From contig CM120643.1 of assembly GCA_051362555.1 (NCBI GenBank), positions 3,100,001 to 3,164,000 on the forward strand: 64,000 bases of DNA. Reading direction: 5' to 3'. This stretch comes from Lingula anatina. Its lineage: Eukaryota > Animalia > Brachiopoda. Of the stretch, positions 1 through 11,465 are shown in pieces. The notes below the pieces were generated by a model, which saw nothing but the letters and a program-made list of their open reading frames with translations, did not search any database and had not been told where the DNA came from. The stretch's first letter is position 1, and every line of letters begins with the position of its first letter. The position numbers and the translations under genes are program-made.

Positions 1-961
1 TTTCTTAAATCAAGAGAAAACCTATTGAGTGGCGGCAACAAAATTGAAAAGCAGACTACTTACAGTTCTATTCTATGCAATAAATGCACCACAAATGCTA
101 TACAAAAATATGACTTTATGGTTTTAAAATTATGTATATCTGAAAGTTTTATCATGCATATAATTTTGTTTGTGACAATTCTATACAAGGAAGTTGTAAT
201 TTGATAATTTTTGCCTATTGAAAAGATCAAGTCAACTACAAGAAAAGGGTCATTAATGTTATCAAAGTGACAAAAACAGGTGATACAATGCATCTGTATA
301 TATTCATCTCAAACGGAAATCACGAAGAGAAATGCACAAAAATTTTAACAGCATCAAAGCCCAATCCCCCTTTTTTCTAGACACAAAATTCCTACTCTTT
401 GTAATTATATTATAATTTTTCAATACAAAAAACTGTGTACACAATACAAGTTACTAAATGATAATAAAGGTTTATAGTTCATGAGCTTTGGAAATGGTCT
501 AACCTTAAACCCAATGTTTTGCTAACAAACATTGGTGTACATCAAAGATTCCATTGTTTAATGCCACTGTAGGAAAAAAAACTGTCACATAAAAGAACAA
601 GGAAGGGCAATCAGATGCAAAGGGGGTTCAAATCACAGTGTCTCCAGCTCCAGAGTCCAGAGTTACATTAGTATCTCCACGTCTATGGTGGTGGACGAAT
701 AAAAAAGTAAAAAAAAAACTTACCATGTGCACTAAATGTGTCAAATTACCTCCATACAATTTTTTCAATTCCATTTGGTGGAAAAGAAAACAAACACTTG
801 GGATGAAAAAGATTTAATACTCCAAAGTAAACAGAGCTATATTTTATTTTGTTTAAAGAAAAAACACTTAAAAGCTTGCAGGAAAGTACTAAAAGAAAAA
901 GATACTGTGACTTGTGACTGTTTGACATTACAACTGACTTAAGTGAGCCTTTCAAAAACAT

Positions 962-986
962 TCTCTCTCTCTCTCTCTCTCTCTCT
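962..986. repeat. (CT)n microsatellite
   Basis: Perfect CT dinucleotide run. Confidence 0.9.
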
Positions 987-1419
987 TACAAAGCCACCAA
1001 TGCATCAGCAGATAATATGGGCAAGTTCAACATTATCATAAAAGGAGTCAAACTGTGCAGAATAGGCATTTTTTTTTTAAATAAAAGCCAAAGAAACCTG
1101 ATCTAAGTGGCATCATACAATTCAAAAGGAGTGTCCGCAATGAAGTTTCTGTGTCCTAGCATCTGGTTCTACAGTTGACTATGGATTGCGTAATCATTCT
1201 ACAAAGTCATGCTTTGTACCTCAAAAATTGATATTCACGTCTCTTCTTCCTGCATCTTTTTGTGAATCGTTTTATTCTAAAATTTGACACTGACTCACAC
1301 AAATAAGAAAAGTCAAAAGACGCATAAAAACGCACATCCAGTCACAAGCTAAGACCACTTGCTGTTATAATCAAGGATCCACTTCTACTCTTTTTTCTTT
1401 ATTTTATGTATCTTTAAGG

Positions 1420-1633
1420 GAGTATTCCCATAGATTTTAGATCGATCTATCCCCGTGGGGAGTCTCACTAGATTACTGTCAGATAATCCGGCTTAAATGT
1501 CCGTCCCGCCTACTACAAGCTGTAAGGGGGTAATTAACTTTCGTGCCCGCTCGGCTGACAGCTATTTAGCGTGAACTCCCAGGGAGTTAGGTCGATCTAG
1601 TTTGGATCGATCTAACCTCTGGGAATGGGGTCT
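1420..1633. mobile_element. Palindromic MITE, PIF/Harbinger-like family (..TTCCCATAG..GATCGATC..TGGGAATGGGGTC)
   Basis: Imperfect ~215-bp palindrome; related copies at ~34923, 39548, 41326, 43245 and 47941. Confidence 0.75.
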
Positions 1634-2337
1634 AAGTGTTTTTGAAAACTGACCCCTATCTGTTGCACTGCAGTTGCTCTGTGTGAATAACACAGCATTT
1701 ATATGGTCATTGTTCATTCACTATTGATACTTAATGTAGACTACAGACAACCAGACATAACAACTGAAATGACCAACAGACTCTGTGTCAGCCAGTCAAC
1801 CATCATGTAACCTTTGAAAACTGCAGTGAGATGGAGGATTGAACCTGCTTATATTTTATTAACAAACAAGCGGGGAGCTTTGGGGCTCTGCACAGACTGC
1901 TAAAACAGAATAGCTGACTACATCAAAGTCTACTCAGTGTAGTCAGTTTTAAATTTCTGTTTTCATTTTTAAAACAATTCTATCTTCACATATCACTTTC
2001 AGTCAGTATTCTATAGTAACTTTTCCTATAATCATTTCAATTTGGGGGATATTTAGCATATCACTTTCTAAATATGCTGGGAAAAGATGGGAAAATAGTA
2101 AAGCGTTTGGCAAAAGGGTCAGATGATGCCAATTTTTAATTCAATTTATCGATGCAAGAGAAAACATCGATGGCGATAAGGGCAATGAAGGAGGAAGGTG
2201 ATGACTTTTTGCTAGTAAAAAAAAAAACATCGAACTGAAATTATGAATCCACATTTACTTTTCTGAGACTGTATACACATGGCCAGTCGGACCAGTGAGT
2301 GAGGGCTACCCATTTTCATTGCTTTGTGCAGTACACA

Positions 2338-3021
2338 TTTTCACTGACCCTTACTAGTATTTTTTTCAATGACACTAATGTCATTCCTTATTGCAAGTTT
2401 TTTCTCTTTTTCATTTTAATTTCAAGTCTGGGCAAAACCTCAGAAGGTAGACTTAATCACATTAAATGGCGAATTTTCACTGACCCTTACTAGTATTTTT
2501 TTCAATGACACTAATGTCATTCCTTATTGCAAGTTTTTTCTCTTTTTCATTTTAATTTCAAGTCTGGGCAAAACCTCAGAAGGTAGACTTAATCACATTA
2601 AATGGCGAATTTTCACTGACCCTTACTAGTATTTTTTTCAATGACACTAATGTCATTCCTTATTGCAAGTTTTTTCTCTTTTTCATTTTAATTTCAAGTC
2701 TGGGCAAAACCTCAGAAGGTAGACTTAATCACATTAAATGGCGAATTTTCACTGACCCTTACTAGTATTTTTTTCAATGACACTAATGTCATTCCTTATT
2801 GCAAGTTTTTTCTCTTTTTCATTTTAATTTCAAGTCTGGGCAAAACCTCAGAAGGTAGACTTAATCACATTAAATGGCGAATTTTCACTGACCCTTACTA
2901 GTATTTTTTTCAATGACACTAATGTCATTCCTTATTGCAAGTTTTTTCTCTTTTTCATTTTAATTTCAAGTCCCAGCAAAACCTCGGAAAAGGTAGACTT
3001 TATCACATTAAATGGCGAATT
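2338..3021. repeat. Tandem array, 5 x 136 bp
   Basis: Unit TCACTGACCCTTACTAG...AAATGGCGAATTT starts at 2341, 2477, 2613, 2749 and 2885. The first four copies look identical; the last diverges at its end. Confidence 0.95.
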
Positions 3022-3369
3022 TAATGCTCTAATCAACAAAGTCAACACAAAATATTTCATGCTTACTTGTAAGTACCATAATAACTACTCTTCCGTACTA
3101 TGCGACTTTCGTGAATTCTTGCTTTTGCCAGTTGAAGCGAACGAAAAGATGGCCGACCAAGAACACCCTATTGCCTATACATCCTCGGGGCCTAGCGATA
3201 AAAAAAACTTGGCAGCTATTCTGCTTCTTCCTGAGTATATTACGACATACTTCTCATTATCCATCTAATTCCAGGACCTAACATCTTGTAAATTATAAAT
3301 TCAATAAAAAAAATCAGCCAATAACTCCTTTTAATAGGTGCCATATAAGACTGCCTCGTCTCCTTCCTT

Positions 3370-4830
3370 AACAATCCCAATTATGCCAGATAACTTCATC
3401 AATACAGTTCCTATTCCTCCCATATATACTTACTTTCATATGTAATAATTACAAATATTTCCCTGCATGTTCTTCTCCTGACATTACAAAACTCCCTGGC
3501 ATCTGCTCTCCTGGGCCACAAAATGTTAGAAAATACATATTTCAGGCTCACAACAAGCCCTGGATACTGTACATATAGCTATATTACAACTTCAGACTTG
3601 GCAGAAAAAAAAACAACTAGAGCATGCAAGATGTTAACAATGACAGGGTACACACTAGAGCATATTTATTTCGCTGACTAGCCACTGCGAGGTCGGAAGT
3701 TCACTAAGTTATGGCCTATGATGATGGTGTGGGTCAGTGGTTGGGTCATCTGGATGTCCACACCAGGTCACTATGAAATGATATGTCTACAACCATAATT
3801 ACTGCTATCCAAAACACTTCCAGGTATAAATTTTCTATACATTCTGGAATACAGCACAGATGAACAGTGATATCCGTAGTTTCTGCTTCACAGCATGTGA
3901 ACTTTTTAATCAGTGGTCCTAATTCATCATTTAATTCTGAGAGTTTATATATAGAATATCTTCCTATTACCAAATTATAAGAGTATTCTTGCACATGCAT
4001 TTGCAGGCACTTTCACTAAGCATACCGTCTTTCATAAAAACGATTTGCTTTCCAGTATTTTCCAGCCAAATCTAAATTTTCCTATTCACAAACCATTGTG
4101 CACAAATTTGATGAGTTTTAATACGATTATAATCAAATAAATTTAATTCTAAATGACAGGCCTATGGACATATCTTCCTGTACATTGGACTAGGAAATAT
4201 CAACATCAAGTATTTTTATTTTAGGGTTTTTAACCTTTTATCATTTTTAAGCTCTGAACTTGAAATTACAAGTACCTCAATTTGAAAGGAATGAAGGCAC
4301 CGAAAATTTGACTTTAGAGCATTTTCAAAACAAAGATAGTATTAATTACATACTCAATTGCCCTTTCCACATTGTACAGTACACCTAACTGGACAAGTCT
4401 CTTACATAACAGTTAGGCTATTTAGTTGTCACTCTCTCACAGTGGATCGGTCCAGTAAAATGTTTACTGCTCGTTAAAAAGGCCAATCTCTCTTGACCCA
4501 CTTATAATGATTTAGCAAGTCGTAAATATCCATTCTGCACCATGAACCAGGTCAATATATTCTATTTAAACATCACACAAGTATACGAATCATGATCATA
4601 CATAGGTCATGTGAGTAAAGTGTGTCCATTATGCTACTGTGTACCAGATAACTGCTTGATTGATTTTTAGAAGACAACATCAATAGCATCACAACGTCAT
4701 ACAAAATTCTATGAGGATGAAAATAAAAAGAAAGTATGTCCTTTTCCTAAATTGACTAAAGGATGCACAGTAATGGTGTACTGCAGTGACGCAGGTAGGA
4801 GGGGGGGGCATATCTGATTACAGGGATGAC
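3370..4830 (-). pseudogene. Heavily degraded coding remnant, possibly PGAP4/TMEM246-like
   Basis: Broken-frame peptides in collinear order resemble PGAP4 motifs: N-terminal RKRTYFLFIFILIEFCMTL (TM-like); IF(L)-SNVQE ~ LFLCNVE; NRFYERRYA**KCL..EYSYNLVI/ED ~ NSFEKEKQDYVYCL..YVLMVEDD; a hydrophobic stretch; RACCEPE ~ SQCCTPA; WH-IGIV ~ KHIGLF. Many stops and frameshifts; recognised by eye only. Confidence 0.35.
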
Positions 4831-4957
4831 GGTATCCTCAGCAGATCTCATGTTAACCTTATTAAATATAACATTCTCAAAATCGGTCAACGACCCTACG
4901 GATTCACAAATGCCACAAATACCACAAACTTCAAGTAAACAGAGATAAAACACTTAC

Positions 4958-5054
4958 ATTCATCGTCTTCAAGACACGATTTTCCCGCTGACATGCTCCC
5001 CTGGATATCGTCTTGAGTATCCTCCAACGGAGTTACAGTTTTTGTTTCTTTCAT
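4958..5054 (-). CDS. Candidate first coding exon (MKETKTVTPLEDTQDDIQGSMSAGKSCLEDDE) of the minus-strand (pseudo)gene
   Basis: ATG at 5054, open frame to a consensus donor T|GTAAGT at 4957; lies just downstream of a promoter-like region. Confidence 0.35.
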
Positions 5055-5094
5055 TAAGGATCGTTTGTTATATTTACAATGCTAGATTCCACTG

Positions 5095-5300
5095 CGACCA
5101 TCTTGCTTGGATGTAATCCGAGATTTACAGCCTCGCCGAGGCGATTTGCTGCTTTTCTTTTCGCGTAATGCCTCTGTCCTTCTGATTGGTTACAATTCTA
5201 TTTGCATAATATATTCAGAAAAGTAACCAATCAAAAATTGTGGAACATTGACGTGTTTGCCGACAAAGAGCAAAAGGTCTCGAGTGAAGGCGGAACGCAA
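5095..5300. promoter_or_regulatory. Probable bidirectional promoter
   Basis: Locally CpG-richer. Two CCAAT boxes in opposite orientation (GATTGG ~5184, CCAATC ~5227), octamer ATTTGCAT at 5200-5207, TGACGT at ~5249 and a YY1-like CAAGATGG on the minus strand at ~5100. Lies between divergent gene models. Confidence 0.5.
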
Positions 5301-5891
5301 CATTATGTTTCACTTGTATTAATCAGACGATAAGTGTAATACACTTCTAATTCTTTCATAAACTGACACAGAGTTCTACATATTATATAAATCTATCTAT
5401 AACCAGTTTCGCATTCCTTTTTTGCTACACAGCCGGGGAATCCCCACTGTTTACATCCGGTTAGTGGAGTGTGAAGGGGTGAGGCAGGTGAGCTCGAGAA
5501 ACTGATTTGTACAACTCTAAAAATATTTTGTTTTTGTTGCTGTTTATTATCCAAAAGAGCAAAATTATGACGAAAAATTGAAATGTTGTAAGTGAAATGG
5601 CCTTCTTTGGCATTAGGCAAACGGAGAAAGTTTCGCCTTGGCTAAGTTCAGTGGTTTGACCTGGCCCCGACAGTCGCTCTAGAACTGTGCATTCCTGGTC
5701 AACAGCTTGACCGTCATTTCAGGACATAGGGCTGTGTATGACCTTGTTTTATGGAGACTCGTCCTGATCGCCAGAGAGATCGAGTATTTTGCTTACATGT
5801 TACATAATAACATTAGAAAATCTTCAAGAGAAAAACAGTATATATCCATACGTCACAGTGTTTTTCCACGCACAACACGTATCCCCCCTAG

Positions 5892-5925
5892 CCCCCACCC
5901 CCACCCCCACCCCCACCCCCACCCA
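5892..5925. repeat. (CCCCCA)n simple repeat
   Basis: Hexamer run. Confidence 0.85.
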
Positions 5926-5953
5926 CCAACCCCGGCTCTCTCTTTTCTGCTGG

Positions 5954-6250
5954 TGTGACAGGAATGGTAGCTAGGAACCGTAGTCCGTTCCCCATTACTT
6001 TGTACAGGTGATATTGGATATATATCTTACCCCAATACTCCGACATGTACTAATCATGTGTAATTTAACATACTACATATGTAAACATATATAATTGTAT
6101 ATCCATATATATTGTGTAAATAATGTAGTCTAGAGAGCCTGCAAATGTATTCATATCATTTAGTGCTCAAGAAACTAACGATTATTATTAATCATACAGG
6201 TGTATATGGGACCCCAAGACTTTATTTTTAGGACGACCATTCTTGTCACA
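5954..6250. mobile_element. MITE with TGT...ACA termini (Ginger-like family)
   Basis: TIR TGTGACAGGAATGGT / ACCATTCTTGTCACA; related copies at ~36555, 37600, 42246 and 49124. Confidence 0.7.
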
Positions 6251-7315
6251 CCTCTCAATATGTATGGCCAGTACAACAATTTAATCAGCCTTTATCCGTC
6301 CCATTTTGTTGCTATGTAGGGAGCGATTTCAGGAGGTTCCTCAGTTAACTTTAATCTGATATTCGTAACAATCTATTCAGAAGGGGCTATTTATATCTGT
6401 CACAAAAGAGCAAGTGATTAAAATCAGAGCAATTAACTGTCTTGATTGCTTGGCTTGGGTCTGTTAAGTGGCAGGGCCTCAGTAGTTATGCAAACAATTA
6501 CCATGCAGCCATGTAATCATCCTTGAGATTCCATCACAGGGTCTCATAGAACCAAATTACTGTCAATTTATCTAAAGGTATATCTGTGATTATCTTGTGA
6601 AAAATCAATCTCAGGCCTACCCAGCTACCAGTCTCGGCACCGAATGATCCTGAATTCACCGTTAGATCGGATCACACTACCTGTTTTCAAGGTGTGCATC
6701 AGTACGCACTTTGAAGTATCAGACGAAACACCGCTCTTGCCTAGTACGCGATGTGATAGCGATGATTCTGAGCAGGTTGAAAAGTATACAGTGCATCTCA
6801 TCTCAAAATTTGTTCCATATTGACCCTGATAGAAGGTAACAGGGTAAGGGGAGATACCAGAATGATAGATATATATTACATTAATGCCACCACTGACAGT
6901 AAAGCTCTAAGCATGGGCAGTGTTCACAGCATCATCATTCATAGTTTTTTTGTTTTTTTTTGTCAATATAACAATCGTGGCTGTGGCTTAATCAAAATGT
7001 CAAATTATTGTATCCAGCGAGGAGGTTTGAAGGAAAATATTCATGGGCGTTTTGTCAAAATAAAACCTGTTTTGTAAACATCAGCTTATATGTTTCTAAT
7101 ATCATTTAAAACATAAACAGGCAAAGGCAGATTTTAGGACTGAGGCCAGAGAAAAATTACTGTCATTCTCTTCTGTATACGTATACATTGATGAGACTTT
7201 TCCGACTTTTTCAGGCTCATTTGGGTCATTCTTGTGAATAGTGTACCCTGGACTTCTGGCCAATTTTCCTATTTTTTCAGTGAGGACTGGTCTCATCCCT
7301 GCATATACTACTTGC

Positions 7316-7561
7316 CCCTGCAAAAATTTCTCTCATTTAATGCTCACTTACTGTTCTCAATCTGGCCTAAAACATAATGTTTTTCTCTTTTATGAAAAAT
7401 GTTCTTAATCTGTTCTAGGATTCTGAAGGACTTCCCAAAAACAGTTCTTGAACTGTTACATTCATTACAGAACAGCATTAGAACTGTAAAATAAAAATAT
7501 TCCAAATGTTCTAGAATATGAGAACTGTAAGTGAACATTGAATGAGAAATTTTCGCAAGGG
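7316..7561. mobile_element. MITE with ~45-bp imperfect TIRs
   Basis: CCCTGCAAAAATTTCTCTCATTTAATGCTCACTTACTGTTCTC pairs with GAGAACTGTAAGTGAACATTGAATGAGAAATTTTCGCAAGGG. Confidence 0.7.
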
Positions 7562-8613
7562 TAGTGCTGATGTCTCTGCCAGAAGTGATGATTCAAACAC
7601 AATGCTCTATCAGTATTGTTGTCTCAACTACAGCAATCTCTGTATAGTGATATTAACAAGATAACACTATGCATATTTCACATAAATAATTTTTTTAAAA
7701 TTAATCTGTGTTTAGACTAGTCTAAATGATGATGTTGGCTCTACCGCTCAAAGACCTCAGCCAGTCTGAGAATAGAAAATAGGATGACGAAACATTATCT
7801 GCACAGAATACAGCACAAAACCAGGAATACTTCTTCCTGAATTCATGTACAAAGGGCATTAGCTGATAAATCATACGACTTTATGGCAGAATATTGTTTT
7901 GATAACATTGTTCATGATACAATTAGACATCAAAAGCACTGTTTTACAATGTGAAGCAATAGATGATCTCGGGGAAATTGTTGCTGAAACAAACCCTATA
8001 ACTTCGAGTTGTTTAATGTCATGAACAGAAAATTCCACTTGAACTACTAGTAAGCACATGGAGGCAGGACTAAAATATGTGGTTTGTTTTGGAAACCACA
8101 ACAATAAAGATATAATGCAAAGAAGTTTTCGTGGGTCATATTGCTTTGGATGGAAAGTTACAGTACGGTATAAGTTACACCAAAAATTAAACATCAATGT
8201 TTTTTTTTTAAATAGTCATTGCATAATTTGTAGCCAAAGAGTGGAATTTTCCTTTATTCAAGCATAGATTGGTTGTCCACCAGAAGTAAAATATTCTCTT
8301 TGCAAATCTAACCCAGTGCATTATTAGAAGTCTATTTTATTAGAAAATAAGTTTGAACTTATTTAAAGAGGGATGTATTACATAATATTTTTACATTAAA
8401 GGTCCATTGTACCATTCAATAGATATAGCAGAGAGAACAAAATTACAAATATGCAAAAACTTTTCCGAAGTCTTCCTTTTGTCCATGTTTGACCGAGACA
8501 GGCTGAGCTCAGTGGATATTTTTTAAGGTGACATTAGGGAAGTAGCAGTTAGAATTTTTCATAAAAAGGTAGTTTTAGCAATTTTCCATTTATTCTCTTT
8601 GGGAGGAAAAAAA

Positions 8614-8913
8614 TTAAAATGATAACAACTCTTTGTATGAGATCTATATTTCACAATAAATACATTGGAAACAATTTGTTGAAATGTATTCTATTTTACC
8701 ACAAAAACGACTGTTTCAGCTGTGAAATCTGTGCTTGCCATCAGACCACGTTAGTACGAAAAAACAAACTTTAAAAAAAAAAAAAAAAAACAGGGCTAAC
8801 TTTGAATGTTGAAATTGATTCATGAAATAAACCATTGGTAAGTATGAGAAAGTTGTGTTTTACCCCAGGAAAATTCATGTTTTGGACAAAATGAACAATC
8901 GTTATCCTTTTAA
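8614..8913 (+). mobile_element. TTAA-bounded MITE (Kolobok-type), TTAAAGGGATAACAAC family
   Basis: TTAA ends with short imperfect TIRs; internal sequence shared with 32223-32567. Confidence 0.65.
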
Positions 8914-9291
8914 TCTGTGAAGGAAGAATACAGTAGCCTGGATGTCAGACATGTTGAGAGCAGCCAGGATTGAAGTGACAGAGGTGGCTTGCCTTGTGAT
9001 GTGCCGCTGCAGCTGTATCCGCACAGCACTTACTTCAAAGTAAACTGCCAGCAGGAAAGCTCCAATGTGTTAGACTTGATGGACTGGTGCCTTTGAGAAG
9101 CGTTTCTTTTTATTACCAGTTCAGAACAGTTGATTTGCCAAAAAAATTACCAACACGTTTTTGAACTGAAAACATTGATATCATTACAGTTTTGAATATA
9201 ATGCAAAAAAAAAGGAAAAGAGATTTGAAATATATATTTATATCATTGATCGTTCCAGGGCTTTAGCAAGATTATAATGCCTGTGGTTTGA

Positions 9292-9547
9292 ATGGCTAAG
9301 GATGGACTGGTCAACAACACCCTTGCCCCCACCCTCCCTCTCTCTACCACGATCAGCCCAAATGACCGCTCATCTGTCGGTTCTTCTGGCCAGTCCGTCT
9401 GGTTACCACTAGGGCTGACCTTTGCTGTGGTACTGATCATTATCGTCATGGTCGTCCTTGCCAAGACCAAGAAGAGAGCTGCTGCCATGCAAGCCAGCCA
9501 GAATGCTGAGCCACATATTACTAGTGTCAGTGGAACCATGGGATCTA
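9292..9547 (+). CDS. Single-pass membrane protein with PY motif, coding exon 1 (Ser/Thr-rich ectodomain, TM WLPLGLTFAVVLIIIVMVVLA, basic stop-transfer KTKKR)
   Basis: Acceptor TTCCAG ending at 9258, ATG at 9292, clear TM helix, donor A|GTAAGT at 9548 (phase 1) matching the phase of the exon at 17801. Confidence 0.75.
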
Positions 9548-9654
9548 GTAAGTTGATTGTGGTGGTTATGATCTAGTAAGTTAATTGTGGTAGTTGTGAT
9601 CTAGTAAGTTGATTGTGGTAGCTGTGATCTGGTAAGTTGATTGTGGTAGCTGTA
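9543..9654. repeat. 4 x 28-bp tandem repeat, each unit containing a GTAAGT splice donor
   Basis: Unit ATCT(A/G)GTAAGTT(G/A)ATTGTGGT... starts at 9543, 9571, 9599 and 9627. Confidence 0.9.
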
Positions 9655-9760
9655 ACAGTGTGGAATTGTGCTCAGTGTGCCACAAATAAAAAAAATTGGT
9701 CTTGTCAACTTAATTCAATGTTTGTAATTTTTCAGTCTTTCAGACTGGTGATTGATGCCT

Positions 9761-10245
9761 TTTTATGTACAGACACAGATGTTTCTGTACATATAGCAGT
9801 CCCCTGTGTCTTTCCCCATTGTTGTCATATTATATTGGGGTAGTTCTATACTGGTTTGCATTTCTTTAAATTTTGTTCATACTGTGTAATATTGCAATGG
9901 TAAGATGAAAATTAAAGCCATTAAATATACATATAGTAGGGGGTTTATCATGAAAGGGTATTTTTAGCAGCCATAATGGGATTTCCAGGAATTTCCCTGT
10001 GTTACCTACAGTGCATAATTTAAAATTGATGGTGGTTATAAACTGTGAAGCATTGTGTAACATTGCATCAAAATTGATAAAAATATTTAATGTACTGCCA
10101 CTACAAATGCTCCAAAAGGAAAACTGTGTTACTTGTTATTTTGTAATGTAAAAGAATGACCGACATACAGCTCATATTGGCAAACCTGATTGTTTGCATT
10201 GTTTTTTTCCCCTTATTGTCTGTACATTTAACACCTTTGCTGCCT
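9761..10245 (+). mobile_element. Non-autonomous Helentron-like element (HINE), copy 1
   Basis: 5' TTTT-ATGTACAGACAC..GTCTGTACAT palindrome; 3' subterminal GTCTGTACAT plus short hairpin (..CTTTGCTGCC) followed by Ts. Confidence 0.6.
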
Positions 10246-10312
10246 TTTTATGTACAGACACAGATGTGTCTGTACATATAGCCATCATCTGCGTCTGTCG
10301 TCGCCGTCGCCG

Positions 10313-10343
<31 letters not shown>

Positions 10344-10351
10344 GCACTTTT

Positions 10352-11465
10352 ACCGATAACACGATAAGTGGAAAACCATTTTGCCTTTTGATTTGAAACT
10401 TGCAGAACTGATGAATATTCATAATACGCAGGTCAAGTTCGAAAATCAGCATGATCGGGTCACTCTTAGGGAATTTATGCTGTTTTTTCACTTTTTTCAA
10501 CATATATGCAGCACCGATAACACGATAAGTGGAAAACCATTGTACCTTTTGACTTGAAACTTACAGAACTGATGAATATTCATAATATGCAGGTCAAGTT
10601 CGAAAATCGGCATGATTGGGCCATTTTTAGGGAATTTATGCTGTTTTTTCACTTTTTCAGCATATATGCAGCACCGATAACACGATAAGTGGAAAACCAT
10701 TTTACCTTTTGACTTGAAACTTACAAAACTGATGAATATTCATAATACACAGGTCAAGTTCGAAAATCAGCATGATTGGGTCATTTTTAGGGAATTTATG
10801 CTGTTTTTTCACTTTTTTTCAGCATATATGCAGCACGGATAACACCATAAGTGGAAAACCAATTTACCTTTTGGCTTGAAACTTGCAGAACTGATAAATA
10901 TTCATAATACGCAAGTCAAGTTTGAAAATCAGCATGATTCGATTATTGTTAGGGAATTTATGCTGTTTTTTCACTTTTTTCAGCATATATGCAGCACTGA
11001 TAACACAATAAGTGGAAAACTGTTTTTTCATTTGGCTTGAAACTTACAGAACTAATGAATATTCATAATACGCAGGTCAAGTTTGAAAATCAGCAAGATC
11101 GGGCAATTTTTATGGAAGTTATCCTGTTTTTTTTTTTTTTTTTTTCAATTTTTTCAGCACTTTTATAACACCGATAACATGATAAGTGTAAAAATGTTTT
11201 TCCTTTCCTTGGATTGAAATTTACAGAACTGGTGAATATTTATAATACGCAGGTCAAGTTTGAAAATTGGCATGATTGGACTATTTTTACAAAAGTAATG
11301 CTGTTTTTTTCCCTTTATTCAGCATACATGCAACACTGATAACGCATTTTAAGGAAAACCAATCAGCCTTTTGTCTTGCAACTCACAGGAGTGATCAATC
11401 TGACCAGTATGCAGATCAAGTTTGAAAATAAGCTTGATCAGTTAAGTTTTGATGAAGTTATTAGC
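10352..11465. repeat. ~7 x ~161-bp satellite-like tandem repeat
   Basis: ACCGATAACACGATAAGTGG unit starts at 10352, 10513, 10673, 10835, 10996, 11170 and 11335, diverging 3'-ward. Confidence 0.9.

Noticed and set aside
2338-3021. Regular repeats (also 10352-11465 and 57853-57993) as CRISPR-like arrays
   Set aside because: The units are contiguous tandem copies with no unique spacers, the context is eukaryotic, and no cas genes are present.
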